Part shown: positions 12,088-25,906 of the stretch, one piece after another
How the letters are laid out: every line of letters begins with the position of its first letter
How positions within the stretch are numbered: position 1 is the stretch's first letter
Translations under genes and position numbers: made by a program
The notes under the pieces: generated by a model
What the model was told of the DNA's origin: nothing
Databases searched by the model: none
Seen by the model: the letters and a program-made list of their open reading frames with translations, nothing else
From: Atractiella rhizophila
Lineage: Eukaryota
Direction of reading: 5' to 3'
Length of the DNA: 64,000 nt
Assembly: GCA_021432655.1 (NCBI GenBank)
Contig: MU271281.1
Coordinates: forward strand, 1-64,000

Positions 12088-13717
12088 ATGCCTCCTAAGA
12101 GCAAGTTGAAAGGCTTGAACCCGGTGGAGGCGCAGCTGTATCAAGCTGGTCTGGCCAAAGATGACAAGGCGTGTTCTCTTCTCTTTCTTCAAGCTGTGAA
12201 TCGATCGGAGCCAGAAACTGACTACCTGGTCGTGCTGCAGATTCTCACGATGCAAGATATTCAGCGCCTACCTGGTGTCAAGGTTGACCAGGCGTTGAGA
12301 GATGCGCTGAACAGTTTGATGAAAAAGGTGAGTCCAGCCTTCATTGCCCACAAAAACGATTCTGGAGGTCACGCTCTGATTTTATTGATTGGGAGGACTA
12401 GAATTTGTTCAATGTCTTCCAGGACAAGAACAAGGTGCTTAGTTATCGCGTCGTCGAGGCGGCAGAGGCGAAAAGGTATACCTGCCTCTACTTAGATTCG
12501 TTGAGACTGATGGGATTATTTATTTAGTCTTGCGGCGATGGAAGGGGATGAGAAGCTGGTGCTCGATTACGTGACCGAAGCAGGGAACCAAGGTTGGTCT
12601 TCATTCAAGTCATGTGTTAACAGCAGTCCTCAGTCTTTCTGGCAGGTATCTGGACAAAAACCTTGAAGATGAAGACGAACTTGCACCAGACGGTGATCAA
12701 CCGAGTGCTGAAAGCGCTGGAACAGAAGAAGTTGATCAAGTCTGTGAAAGCGGTGAAATATCCCACCCGCAAAATGTACATGCGAGAACACCTCCAGCCA
12801 TCCATTGAATTGACCGGTGGCCCATGGTTTTCTGACAACGAACTGGATGTCGAATTCGTTTCGATCCTTCTTAAACTCATTTCAAAGTTCCTCTCCGAAC
12901 GGACATTTCCTTCAACTCCAGGGACTCTCTATCCCGTCGCTCATAATGCGTATCTACCTTCTTTGGAAGATATCACAAACATGATTAGGAGCAAGAACGT
13001 CACGTCGGTCGAGCTGCAGACTGAGCATGTGGAGAGCTTGCTGGATGTTCTGATTGCCGATGGAGAGGTTGAAGCTGTGTTTGTGACAGAGACGAAGAAT
13101 CTGGCGGACGAGGATGAAGAGAGTGAAGATGACGGCGAGGAGGAGGAAGAAGAGGAGGCGAGCGATGAAGAGGACGAAGAGGGGAAGAAGATGCGGGAAA
13201 GAAACGGAAGCGAAGTGCAAAGGCCGATGGAAAGTCAAAACGGCTCAAAAGTACTACAGGAAAGGGCAAGAAGGTATCATTCGAGGATGAAGATGTGGAG
13301 GATGCGATGGAGGTGGATGAAGAGGAAGAGGAGTCCGAGGAGGAGCAACAGCGGAAGAAGAAGAAGAAGAAGAAGTCGAGTTTTGCAAAATCGAAGAAGA
13401 AGAAGAAGAAAGTTTTGAACCCGTTCTCCTTCTCTGGTCCGACCACAGTTTATCGTTCTCTTGTCGCCCATCGTCCCGCTCCACTCATAGGTCTCACCAC
13501 GATCCCGTGTGGCCATTGTCCCGTCTTCGACCTCTGTTCTCACCAAGGCTCACCTGCGCCGTCGAGAAAGACAAAGGAGAAGGAGGCGGTCGGCATGATT
13601 GGAGGGTGGATGGCTGCGACAGGGACAGGGATGGGGACTGCGAGTGTTGGGGAGAGGAGGAGGAATCCTGTGAACCCTGTCGAGTGCAGATATTACGATG
13701 AATGGTTGAAATGGTAG
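12088..13717 (+). CDS. RPC34: RNA polymerase III subunit C34 (POLR3F), spliced; apparent one-base frameshift at 13181-13184
   Basis: EAGNQGIWTKTLKMKTNLHQTVINRVLKALEQKKLIKSVK, LQPSIELTGGPWFSDNELD; C-terminal PCGHCPVFDLC...NPVECRYYDEWL Fe-S motif. Confidence 0.92.
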
Positions 13718-15089
13718 CGATGGGCTAGTGGTTACCAGTATGCTATGTCGTATTCCGTTCTTACAGATGATGCTGTGTCTAGGATATTAATGAACCATGT
13801 ACTTTAATTCTCACACTGAACACTATGATGTCGAACGTAGAGAGGGTACTTCAGTCGCAGCACACCATCTCCAAGATCAGCACTGAATGGAGCATTTCGC
13901 CTTTCAGATTCTTTATGGCCACCCTCCAACAAGCTCGCCTCGCCCCCCAAAATCCATACTTTCTTCGCATTTGCTAATCTAATCCACCATAGAACAACCT
14001 TCTAGCTCCGAAGCTCAAGCTCTTCCCTTCCATCCATGAACTTGAACAACCTGTTCAAAAGGCTTGTCCTGTACAACGGAAGGAAGGTTGGGTGTCGAAA
14101 TGATGAACAGACGATTATTTTGGTCTAGCCCAGCCTGTCGGCTGAGCCGAACGAATGAGGATCGGGCTCGTTGCTTTCCCAGCTTTTGTCAGCCTTCGCC
14201 AAAGTGCTGGCTAAAGTGCCTGGCTTCTCTAGCTTCTCTTCCCGTTCCTCCCATCTCTGAAGAAGTAGCTGATGTCCGAAGAACTGGAGAGTTGATAAAG
14301 AGTTCTGGAGTGAATGTTGAGTTAAATTCGGATGAATCCACATCTCAGAATTGATCCCCATCTCACACATCAATGTTCTGTGAGCGACTGTGAGATGTGT
14401 CAGCTCATGGAGCAATGCGGCCTTGTCAAAGTTGCCTCAACACCGCATGGGGAAGTGGAACAGACAGAGCCCGAAAGGGGTCGAAATGGATGAAAGTGCG
14501 CCGAGAGTGCTTCTAGAAAGCGCCGGTATATTGTTCTCCCTGGAAGGTGTTAGCGACCTTCCTGGCGTGAGAACTTTGACAGTTTCGTCGAGAAGCCGAC
14601 ATTCTGGGTGGACGTTGAGTTCTGCGCAGCACTGAGGATCCGCTGGCACATCCGGCCGATGTCGAGATCGTCTCGCGCTACGACCGTCGACCACCCTCCG
14701 CCCCTCTTCCGCCATCAACTCTCTTCCTGCTCCCAGTCCCACCCATCCCCCTTACAACAACAAATCCAAAAGCGTCGTTTCCATCATCCAATTTAACCAT
14801 TCATTTTGGCGGTGTCACTCTGAAGGACGGGAGTCACGGGATTGTGCCAGTCGTTCGAAATAGACTGTAAATACTCTTTCCCTTGTTCGAAAGAAAGAGT
14901 GCAGGTGAGTATTCCGAACTCGCTTGTGTGGAAGGAAGGAAGAGTGGAAACCGTGGTTCTAAAGGTTGAAACCGTTGGCAGTTTATTTGATCACACGCCG
15001 TTGTCTCGCCCGTTTGGGCCATACCGAGGTCCCCTTATCACCATCATTCTACATTCTTCCTACCTTACCATCAAAGATCCGCCAACAAG

Positions 15090-18000
15090 ATGGCGGAGGT
15101 CCTGAACTCGTTCTTTGTCGAAGCTGTAAGTCCCGCCTTCCCCTCACCTGCAAACCGCAAGGTTTATTTATGCGATGCGATCGGTCGACGGATAGCTGTA
15201 CGATTACTCCGGGGTAGACACTTCTTCCCTTTCCTTTCGAGAAGGGGACATCATAGAGGTGCTCACTCAACTCGATTCCGGCTGGTGGGACGGTGTGATA
15301 TGTGCACACAAGGAAAGGGGATGGTTTCCATCCAATTATGTTGCGAGGGTGCCGGAGGAGAGGTGGCCTGTCTTGAGGGAACACATGAGGGAGTGGGAAG
15401 AGCAGGAGAGTGCAGAAAGTGCGGACAGTGGCGGGGTGAACGGACAGAGTATGTCGGAGGAAGAGGGAGGGAGAGCGACCGCGGAAAGCTTGGGGGAGAG
15501 GGAGGCGCAGCAGCAGTTGAACAGGTTGATGGGCTTCGGAGGAAGCGAGAGTTATAGTGATGAGGAGGGGTTCGGCAACTTCTCCAGTGGCGGAAATGTC
15601 TTTGGAGAGTTGGCCGCTGCCGCAGCTGCTAGGTCCACGTATCATCGAAGAGAAGATAGTCTTCAGTATGCATCGACTTCAGGACCGTCTAATGCGACTA
15701 GGGGTTACGAAGCTGGATCTTCATCCAATTCTCGTTCGAGGGGTAATAGTCGGGTCTCTGAATCGGATCGAAGGCATGCAGCGGATGGTTACTACCAACA
15801 ACAACAACAACGTCAAGTTCAACCTACTCCTTCCTCCTCTTCAAAGGCTCGAAAGGACTCCAGAGCGTCCAATAAACCTTCGTCATCTAGCTACAAGCGA
15901 ACTTCGAGTCAACCTCAGGCATACTTCAACAATCATCGCCCACGCCAAGACGTAGAAGACTTTTGGATTCCTCGAACCACTTCCGATGGGCAGATTGTGT
16001 ACGAAAATCAACAGACCGGCGAAATCTCTCGAGACTTGCCACTCGAAAACGACTACCTACTGAACTCTTCCAATACCTCTCTAGCCTACACCTCCTCCCA
16101 TCCCTCCGATTCCAACACCGAGTCCAGTGGTCGAAAGTCCTCTGTCCAACATTCTCCTTTGGGCCAGACATCGTTTATTGCTCCCGGCGGTCACCCACAA
16201 CAAGAAGTGTGGACCTCAAAGACCACAGATGACGGCACCGCCATCTTCTACGAATCTTCAACGACCGGAGAGGTGCGTTGGGCTCCTCCTGAAGGCGCTG
16301 TGATCGTAGGTGTGGTCCAAACCCGTTCTCCGGGTCCAACACAGCCAGCGACACTGAGGAATAATTCGTCCACTTCCCTTTCGAATAAGAGGTTCGAAGC
16401 GATGGGAAATCGCTCGCGCAGTCATTCCCTTGCGCAGTCGAATGAAAGCGGATCAAGCTCGGCAAGAAGGAGCTCGAATTTCCTGCATACCAATGCGAGC
16501 AGTCTCCCAAGCACTAGCAGATCGAGTCCGACGCCAGACTATGAATTTGCGGACTTGAAAAGGCTCAGTCATTATTCTACTGGGTCTTTGGGGAGTGAGA
16601 AGGATTTCAAAGTCAAGAGGAGAGCTAGTGAGTATTATTGTTATCCTTTATCCTTTTCGTGGCTGATGTATGTGCAGGTTCTCGACGCTCCCGATCCACC
16701 CTAGAAGCCCCCCGTGTCCACTCACGCACGAATGCAGCTGATGTTCTCGAGCCGGCTCCACCTCTGACGCTCGGAGAGCTGGAAATGCTTGTTACGAGCT
16801 CGATCAACGACCTTCTTGCCCCCTCACGCATGAAAGAGTCGTCGGCGGATGCAGAAAATCCCTACTTTGAGGACGAATCAGCTGCCACTCTCGAGAGGAA
16901 CAAACTCGCGGCCGCTATCGACAGCGTCGTGGCAAACGTCCGATCCTTGCTTCATGCTGCAGGCGTGGGAGAAGGAGCTGTGGGGGCACCATTCGTGTCT
17001 TTGGCACCGAACGAGGAACCGACGTCCAGATCTAGCTTAACTGGGAACGGTCTCGTTGCGCGCACCCCTCTGCTTTCCCAGGCCGCGATGAACGAACTCC
17101 GTCAGTGTACCATAACAGTCATTTCGACGCTGTCGAAACTGGTTCTGTCCGTCCGTGCCGTGTGGGGACTTCTTGAAACGATCTCGAGAGATCATAAGGT
17201 GTCGGACGAAGAGGATGAGGGAACTGAGGGTGTTGTCCAGCAGCGAAGGAAGCTGTTGATTGATCGAAGGCAGAACGAGAACAAGCTCCGCTCTGACATC
17301 TTCAGATCTGTGAAAGAACTGGCAGATGCAGTGGTTGTCTTCACTCAAGAGTATGAACGTGTAGCAGCAGAGACGTTGGGCAATAACGTCGTGCTTCACA
17401 AAGGAAGGCTTCAGGCACCAAAACGCATCCAAGGTGTGTTGGTGACGAGTGCTGGTGCATTGATCTTGCCTGGTGGTGGTTATGGCGGAAACTGGAGGGG
17501 AAATGGCTTCGTCACACTACCTGCCCTGTCGCCCGTTTTAGGCAGGAGCACGACAGCTGCAGATAGGGGATTAGTATACGAATACCCGTCAAAGCCTTTG
17601 AGTTTGGAGGTAGTGGATGGAGTGGAGCTGAAGCAGAAGGAGGTTGAAGAGGTCATTCAATTGCTCATAGAGAAGCTACAGGAGTGGATTCAATCGCTTC
17701 GGACGTCTGCCCAAAGCCAGAAGAACGAGGCTTCCACCTCCAATGACGACATCCCTCCGTCGCCGATGGACAGTATGGAAGCCCTTAACCTAAGTAGGGA
17801 CTTCTATCCAGCCATCGCAGATACCTCCAGCAATCTCCTTTCCGCCCTAGGCAAGTTCCTCAACGCGGCCGAAGACGTCGACATTGCGAATAAGGTGGAC
17901 CTCGAGATGGATACAGAGGTTATGATGAGGTTGAATCGACGAAGCGTGACCACAATCCCGATATCTGAGAACGAGAGTGAGGACGCCATCACAGATTCCC

Positions 18001-20444
18001 AGGCCTCCGAATACCGCGTGGTCACGCAACAAGCCAAACCTCTCCTCTACGATTTCGAGAAATACAAGCAAGCACTTTATAATTCAGCTCCTTCGCTCAT
18101 GTTCTCCGTACAAGGACTCAGCCTCGCCATCTCGAGAGGACAGACGTTTTACGAGCCCGATGAAGTTGACTCCGTCGCCCAGCCTCCAGCAACTGCCCCT
18201 CTTTCGGATGTCATCGCACCGAAGCAGGGAACCAGCTCCCCTCACTCTGTCCTCGCGGAAGTGAAGAATATGGAATCGAGCCTTTCAGCTTTCATAAACA
18301 CTCTAAAGAAACTCAGGGAAATCGCCGATGCTCAGGATGCCGCACCGAGACGTCTGAGGAGGGAGAGCATCGCGTTCCGCGAGAGTCTGGCGGACATGCA
18401 CTCTCCAAAAGCTCTCATTGCACAAGGAAATGAGGCTGTTGGATTGGATGTTGAATCTTTGTATGAAAAAGACTCCGATTCCAGGTCAAGTGCCGACTCC
18501 ACCTTCTTCATTGGTAATCCCGCCGTCACTGGTCCTCCTCCACCATCCACCAGCCGAAATCAAGCTCGGTCGTCATCCATCATTGCAACTCAGAGCCCTT
18601 ACGACAGGAGAGGATCCCTCGCTCCTACCGCTCCAGGTGCTGCAACGACCGCATTCGGTCACCGATCGGATATTTCAGTCTCTTCCCGTTCTGGCTTTGA
18701 GGCAAAATCGCCGCAAAAGAAAAAACGTTTGGAAGCTCTTCTTGGCCCTGATTACACCCCAAACGCAGTCGTCAATCCTCCTCTTGTTCAAGAAGAAGCT
18801 GTACCATGGTTCTTAGGAAAGGATTACACCGACGAAGATATTTCGTTCAGTATGGAAGGAGGAGTGAAGGGCGGAAATCTACAAGCTTTGGTGGCTTTCT
18901 TGACCAGTCACGAAGGAAGGCGTACGTTACCCTCTGGCACAGCAGGGAGAATACTAATTTGTCATTCCAGCCGACTCTCAATTTTTGTTTGCTTTCCTGA
19001 TGACTTTCCAAACGTTTTGCACTCCCTTTGAGCTGCTGGACCTTTTGGCGAAGAGATACCTGATTGAACCGCCACCAGAGCTTACAACAGAAGAAGTATC
19101 GGTTTGGACGGAGAAGAAGCAAAAACTTATTCGACCACGGTAATATTCCTTCACCCAAGTTCTTTCACATTCACAGAATGACTGCAGTGTCATAAATGTT
19201 ATCAAAACATGGATCGAATCGTACCTTCCCGAGGACACTGATACCGCTGTGCTTCAGTCCATTGCCAGTTTCACTGAAACCCAAGTTCACGACCAAACTC
19301 AGAAGCTTCAGGTGGTTCGAGCTCTGGAGAAACGAGTAAGGCATGATCTGCTCGTACCATTTGCCCTAACAGTATCATGTGTAGGATACCAAACGCGACC
19401 GGGGAGGCTCTGTTCCCCTAGGGCCACCACCACCAGCCATCTGGCCGAAGAATCCTCGCAAGCTCAAATTCTTAGACATCGATGCTTTGGAGATGGCTCG
19501 CCAACTTACTATCATGGACAGCTTACTATTCCGCAAAATCACACCTCGCGATTGCCTGTCAAAGGCTTGGCCCAAGAAGTATGGGACAGATCCTATCAAT
19601 TTTAAAGCTATTACAGACATGAGTGTGTTTGTAAGTCTCTCCGCCATTTGTGAGCCTCTGGCTGAAGCACAACCGCATCAGATCACTCGATGGGTTGAGA
19701 AGACTGTCCTCCAGCAAGAGGATGTGCGCAAACGTACAGCTACCATCAAGCACTTCATCACGATTGCCGACGTGAGTCCTGCGTCTCCAATGTTTATATA
19801 CTAATCAAAATGCAGCGCTGTCGAGCGTTGAACAACTACGCCACGTTTTTCTACATCGTTGCTGGCCTCCAAAGCACGGCCGTCCATCGCCTGAAGCGAA
19901 CTTGGGATACAGTCAATGCGAAAAATATGCAGGCTTTCGACGCGATGACAAAGTTGGTAAATCCGGAGAAAAATTTCGGAGCATATCGTGAAACCCTTCG
20001 CCGCGTTACTCCTCCATGCGTACCTTTCCTAGGCACGTGCCCCTCAATGCAGTCGTCGCTTGCTAATGCTTTGTTCTAGGTGTCTATCTCAGCGATTGGA
20101 CTTTTATTGGAGACGGTTCAGCAGATATGCTGCGCGATAAACCAGATCACATCAACTTCAATAAACGACAAAAAGCTGCTGAGCTGATTCTCGCCATACA
20201 GCTTCATCAACAAGTCTCGTACAACTTAGTGGCCGTGGACCCAATCGTGAGGTTTATCAATGACAATATCAAAGAACCGGAAAGCGAACAGGTTTTGTAC
20301 GAGATGAGTATTAGCTTGGAACCACGAGAGCGTGAGGATGAGAAGATCGCTAGACTCTTGCAAGAGTGAGTATCTTCTCTGGGACTGGGCTCTCAAATGT
20401 TTATATCTGATCTAGGGCGTTCTTATAGGAGCGGTTTTCTTTAA
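15090..20444 (+). CDS. CDC25: CDC25-like Ras guanine-nucleotide exchange factor (SH3, WW-like, RasGEF_N, RasGEF)
   Basis: SH3 LYDY...LSFREGDIIEVLTQLDSGWWDG...RGWFPSNYV; WW-like WIPRTTSDGQIVYENQQTGE and WTSKTTDDGTAIFYESSTTGEVRW; GEF motifs EMARQLT, LNNY, HRLKRTW, PPCVPFLGVYLSD, INFNKRQK. Probable 5'-UTR intron at 14905-15076. Confidence 0.9.
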
Positions 20445-20909
20445 GAAACCAAAAGGTCCAGATCTTGTCTGCCTCGACATGAATCACTCTACCGCATCTA
20501 AAATATGTTTCCTGTGTTCCCTCGTCTTCCAACTACTCCTATATTCAAGCGCAAATATCTTTCCCTTCCAATTTCCCTCTCTCTGTCTCGTGAAGTATAC
20601 CTTTTGCACTATTATATGTTTTGTTGAGTGCCTTTTCTTCACTAGGATTAGGAATCGCAAGAGATTTTATTGTTGTACGAGCTTACATAAGGGAGTTGGG
20701 TTCCTGGATTCTTTTCTCCCTCTTTGCTTTTCTTGCCCGCCTCCTCTGGATGAATTCAAGATGTTCCAATCCTGTTTCTAACAATCTTTAGTCCATGCAT
20801 TGCAATTACCCATCAGTCACTAGTCAAACGCCAGCACGAGAGTAGGCATTTCATGGGAGAACTACTGGTTCCATGCTACTACCGATCGCAAGCTCTGACG
20901 ATGACATGA

Positions 20910-23014
20910 TTAGATGGTATCCTTGAAATACTTTCGCCGAAAATCGAAATGTGCTGGTTGCTTTGACACTCCTGCCGTTGTTGGATCCTTGGTATTGGCA
21001 GACCTGCTCAATTTCTCCATTGTTATAAGCTATGACAACAGAATTACTCGACATCCATAGCAGTATTGAGTAGCAAAGAGGAAACACACCCTTCTTGCCC
21101 AATGCCCAAACTCCTGCACGCTATTGGCAATGAGTGTCATACCTGACAGAGTAGGGACGTCGTCGTCTTTATATTCCGTTTCTACGGTTGGCAAGAAGTA
21201 GACCAAACGGCCACCTGGCTTCAAAAGGCGATGGGAGAGAGACAGGAGGGTAGTTAGGACCTCGGACATCTCGAATGCTTGCTGTGAAAGCTCAGCAAGT
21301 GATTGGTAGCAGAATGGACGAACCATAGGTGGAAGATAGTCTGGCATCCTATCTCATCATCTGTCAGCAATAGAAATTGGGACTGTGGTGGAGGTGACGC
21401 ACCGGTGTGAATAGTTTCCATCTTCGAGCATAAAAGGTTCCTCCGCCAAAGGTTTTCGATTCCCTTTCCTCCCCAATTTCTTGGCCCCGGCTCGCACTCC
21501 GTAACTGCAAATATTCAGTCAAGTTCCTGTGTGATGGACGAGAGAGAGGAAACCTACGGAGGGTCGCAAACTATAGCGTCAAATATATCGCCTGTGTCTA
21601 ACGGAAATTGCTATCAAAGAGCTAGTTCATTGAGATGTATATCTCTGAGGAGGAAAACGAACAGTAATGTCACCAGTAAAGAAGTCGATCAATTTATCCG
21701 TCAAGCCGTAAGCTTCGAAATTACTCCTTGTCCCTCCCTCACCTGCGCCGACGGAAAGCACTGTCAGTTTAGTCACCCAGTTAGAGGTCGTGGTGCATAC
21801 CCTTCCCTCTTAACTGTCGTCCGCTGACAAGGCATCGCCTAAGATCTCACATGCGTTGCGTCGAGAACAAAGAAAGACAAACTCAAGATCCTATGTCCTC
21901 ATATACTCTAAGCCTCTTCCCGAGACAATGAAACGATGGAGAATGGCTTACAGATCCCATGACGAAAGATCCAAAATGTGCACAACTAAGTAACATTGAT
22001 CCGGTTCCGACTATCCTCAAATTTGATGAGTTGAGACTCGGCACATTCCAAGGAGAATAAAACTGACCGAAAGGATCGTAGACCAACTTCCCAGGGCACG
22101 CCTTTGCTTGATTGGCCATTAGAAAACTGATCTCTGGAGGCATTGCTGTATTTCCGATATAATGGCGAGTTTTGAGGCTGTAGAGACTGAGAAGCTTGCG
22201 TTGACCTTCTCTTAACTATAACTCATTGAGAATATAGATCAGAAATACAATATACGAGCGGCAGCGAAGAACGTCACCTTGCGACCCATATAAATCCTTC
22301 TTAGAGTGGATGTCAGATGGGGGGGTCGGTGTTCTTGTGGATAATGATCTTCTATACACGCGACGTCAAGCTCCGGGTTGTACATCCTGATATCCCCTGT
22401 AAAACCCATGTATGAAAACGATTCCTACCACAGCGGTGAGCTATGCATAAAGGTAGTATCGAAGAAAATGGACCACTATCTCCTGCCTCCTTTCTGGCAG
22501 AATTCCGGCGTTGAGGGCGGCCACCGAAAACTTGAATGATTTCTGGTGTTCAAATCGGCTCCAAAGTACTTTGCTTTCCTTCAGAACGGCGTGCACGTCG
22601 TCGTAGGTAGCTCCTGATCAAACGATCTTGCATTGAATCGTCCACACTTTTTGGGTAAGTAACGGAACAAACCATCGGCCCAGTACTCCCACACCTCTTT
22701 CAACAGCATAGATCGCGAAGCCAGCAGATCTGCGGCGTGTTCATCGTCCAAGAGGACGATCAAGAAAGTGTTGAGTTTAAGCCATCCGATGGATGGCTCC
22801 TCTTCACTCCCGAGAATAGTCATAGAAATTGAATACATAGAGCATATTGAATAGAGCTCTGGTAACTGAAACATCCATCATTGTCGAGCAACACAGCTCG
22901 AAGCTGTAAACTCACCCGAAAATGAGGATGATCTGTCAGTCAATTGCCATCAGCTTTGCAGGGCACAGAAAGTGAAGACATACCTGCAACAAACCAGAGG
23001 ATGTACTTTTTCAT
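20910..23014 (-). CDS. TRM11: tRNA (guanine-10-N2)-methyltransferase, many exons
   Basis: HPHFRLPEL, YIGNTAMPPEISFLMANQA, VYDPFVGTGSML, GSDLDGRQ, DAIVCDPPYGVRAGAKKLGR, LKPGGRLVYFLP. Confidence 0.92.
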
Positions 23015-23349
23015 ATTCGAGGCAAGGTAATTCTACTCCTGCGTCAGCCTGCGTTAACCTCTTGAAGACTCGAAGACTCGGATAAGGTTACGCTCACGTG
23101 GACAACAAGGAAACGAAAATGATGAAGCGTGCTGACATCGCTCAAAGCTATTGCTACTATAAGGAACAGATGGAGAGTATCATTCTTCAAAGCTTTAACA
23201 CTGATCCAATCCTGCAAGCGAACGCCCAAATCGGCGCCGTTTGCTGACAGTGATGAAAGAACTTGAGGATAGACTTAAGTACCCTGTGTCCATTTTGCGC
23301 ATTCATGTTCATACCAGCATGGAGGTAGTATTTATTGACAACCTATCTA

Positions 23350-23970
23350 CTACTTCAACACCTTTTCTAGCACGTCATTTGTCTCCCATATCTCAGCAAA
23401 TTCCTCTTTCAGGCTCGCTAGATGGACGTTATGAACAACATCGGCGTCGAAGGAACCTTTTGCAAAGGTAGCGCAAGCATTTCCAACCAGAATAATTCTT
23501 CCTTCCTCTTCTTTGTCGTCCAATACCCGTAAATTCTTCGCCATCCTCGTCGTGGTGCTCACGCAATGATCCGTAGTTAGCCCACAAATTACGAGCTGCT
23601 TTATCTCCCACTTCCTTAACGTAGCTTCCAGATTGGTGCCTATGAATGCGCTATTGACGTCCTTTGTTATGTGTATTCCGTTCGCCTTTTGCTCCGGCGA
23701 TATTCCATCGACGAAATCGTGCGTAGGCTTGGAGGGATGAAGAGGACTTGCGAGGGGGCGAGATAGGTGCTGAACGTGGATTATAAGAGGCGGTGAGGGA
23801 AGAGATCTCGCTGCCCTGAGAAGAGACACGATATTGGGAATGCAAGATGGATTGTTTAGAGGGCCAAAGTAATTATCTTCCTCAGCAGAGAAGAATCCCT
23901 GCTGTACGTCAATGATGAGGAGAGCTGTCGCTACCTTCGAAGCTGCGTGGGGAATCTGAGAGGGTGACAT
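23350..23970 (-). CDS. Isochorismatase-family cysteine hydrolase (intronless)
   Basis: TALLIIDVQQGF (Asp), ITKDVNSAFIGTNLE (Lys), GLTTDHCVSTTTRMA (Cys). Confidence 0.9.
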   Translation of the reverse strand: MSPSQIPHAASKVATALLIIDVQQGFFSAEEDNYFGPLNNPSCIPNIVSLLRAARSLPSPPLIIHVQHLSRPLASPLHPSKPTHDFVDGISPEQKANGIHITKDVNSAFIGTNLEATLRKWEIKQLVICGLTTDHCVSTTTRMAKNLRVLDDKEEEGRIILVGNACATFAKGSFDADVVHNVHLASLKEEFAEIWETNDVLEKVLK

Positions 23971-24828
23971 TGCGACGCTTCTATCAGCCTCATCACTAGG
24001 TATACATCTCTGAAAAGTTGAACTCACGTTTCCTGATGCTTCCACACCTGATTGGATAGTAGTGGGAGGGTTGCTTTATAAATCTTTCCTCGATGCTTTG
24101 TCATCATCACTGACGCGAATCCAACAGGTGGGTCCTGCGTTCAACTGACTTGAACAACACTGAACCGCCCTCGGCATGCACAGACAGGTGAAACGTTGAA
24201 GCATGAACGCCTTAAAAGGGCAGGCATACTCACCACTACTTAGTGACGAAAGACTCAAAATTGGAGAGGAATGGGAAGTCTTCTGGCTGACGCTGGGGGA
24301 CTGATATTTATGATCATGGTGGTACCCGGAAGCAAGGCAAAACAGTCGGTGTTAAATGATGGCTAGGTGAGCGTGAATGATTACAGACTGTTTTTCTCAA
24401 TTGGACTCTTCTTAGCATTCTCTCTTTCCCCTGTTCCTAGTCAACAGATCATTACAGGTTTTGAGGAGCGAAACCTGCAATATCAGGATGTAGGCAGAAG
24501 TCTAACGTAAGGTGGCAGAGCAAAGGAGGGCTTCCGCCAAAACTGATTTGCGTAGAAAGGAATGTTAGGTTCATTTACCAAGACTAAGTCGCGCGTTTTG
24601 CTTCACAAAGAAATCTTTGGCCAAGTTTGTTGCTTTTGTTGGTGTATGATGACTGTACAGAGCATTTCGCTCTCGCAATTCACCTCGGCAGAAGATACTT
24701 TCTCGCCGATATTGGAGAAATGGGCTGGTTATTGAAGGTTCAGCGTGGCCACACGACATCGCAGCCACTGACAGAACACAAACTATTTGAAGGAGAGTAC
24801 ATACCCATCACGCCTCTTTTGATCCCTC

Positions 24829-25583
24829 TCACTGAACCCTCGACATCTTCAGATTCCTTTTATCGATCTTTCTCTCTCTCGTATTCCTCTCCCCAGTCGC
24901 ACTCCCCACACTCAACAAGCTCGGGGACCTGGACCTATTGAACGCCTCCGATCTCGAAATTCCAGGAGTTGGGGTTCCTTCCCTCTCCCATTCGCTGACG
25001 TCGTCCCGATCCCAACTAACCATTGGTCCCTCCGTGCCCACGCTCGCCAAAGACTCCAAACTGCCAGACCTCCGCAGTTGACGCGCGGTTCTGAGTTCGT
25101 AGTCAAAGTCGGTCGAGGGAGTGCGAAGGATTGGGAGGGTTTTGTGACGCTTGAGAGTGGTGGGAGACGAGCTACCAGACGATGTTGTGGACGGTACTTG
25201 CACGTCGACGTTTGTGGTTGTTTTCGGCTTGATCGGGTCAGGATCTTTGAATTTTCGTCTTTTCCAACCACAACGGTCAGATAAACAGTTCAAAAGAATG
25301 GGAACGGAAAAACTGGACGCACAAGCGCGGATGATAATACCCTAGCGGCCGCCAAAGTACTTTGAAGAGGAACCAACCAAGGAGATCCACTGCAAACGGA
25401 GGATTCAGTTGAATGATCAACATAGGCAAGAATGAACGAACCGATGACGAGCAAAACAATAGGCATGATGCAAAGATATGCCGCGAAGCGTGATATGTCT
25501 GTGATGAGCTTGACAACAGGCGGATATGGAGGCTCAATAAAAGTTGTCCATTGCTCGAAAGCGTCCTTGAGGACCGCACCCAT
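24829..25583 (-). CDS. Hypothetical small membrane protein, copy 1 (3 exons)
   Basis: Spliced frame MGAVLKDAFEQW...YLCIMPIVLLVI|VDLLGWFLFKVLWRPLG...|RKFKDPDP...SRVQ*; hydrophobic segment followed by an S/R-rich tail. Confidence 0.65.
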
Positions 25584-25906
25584 CGTTGCAAAGTGGTTAC
25601 TGCGCTGAAATTATTTGTTGGAGGGTACTGTCAAATGGGCAGAGTTGTGTTATGAGGTTGCAGGTCGTTCGTTCTTCTTTCACCCACTTTCACGTTCAAC
25701 GGTCCTGCAGGACAATGCTTGTCAAACCTTAAGCCATTCAACAATGAAGTTTTGCACGTGATATAATGTTACAAATGAATAATTTGCAATGTATGATAAT
25801 TACTCTCCGACGCCTATTCTTTATCTTCCTCCAATCCTGTCCCTCGCTTTCGACCTGCGTAAGCACTCAACTTCGCGTGCTTCGCGCGTGATTCCTAAAC
25901 TTCGGG

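Noticed and set aside
13800..14800. Short ORFs between RPC34 and the RasGEF
   Set aside because: No motifs and no consistent exon chain; probably promoter or UTR DNA.
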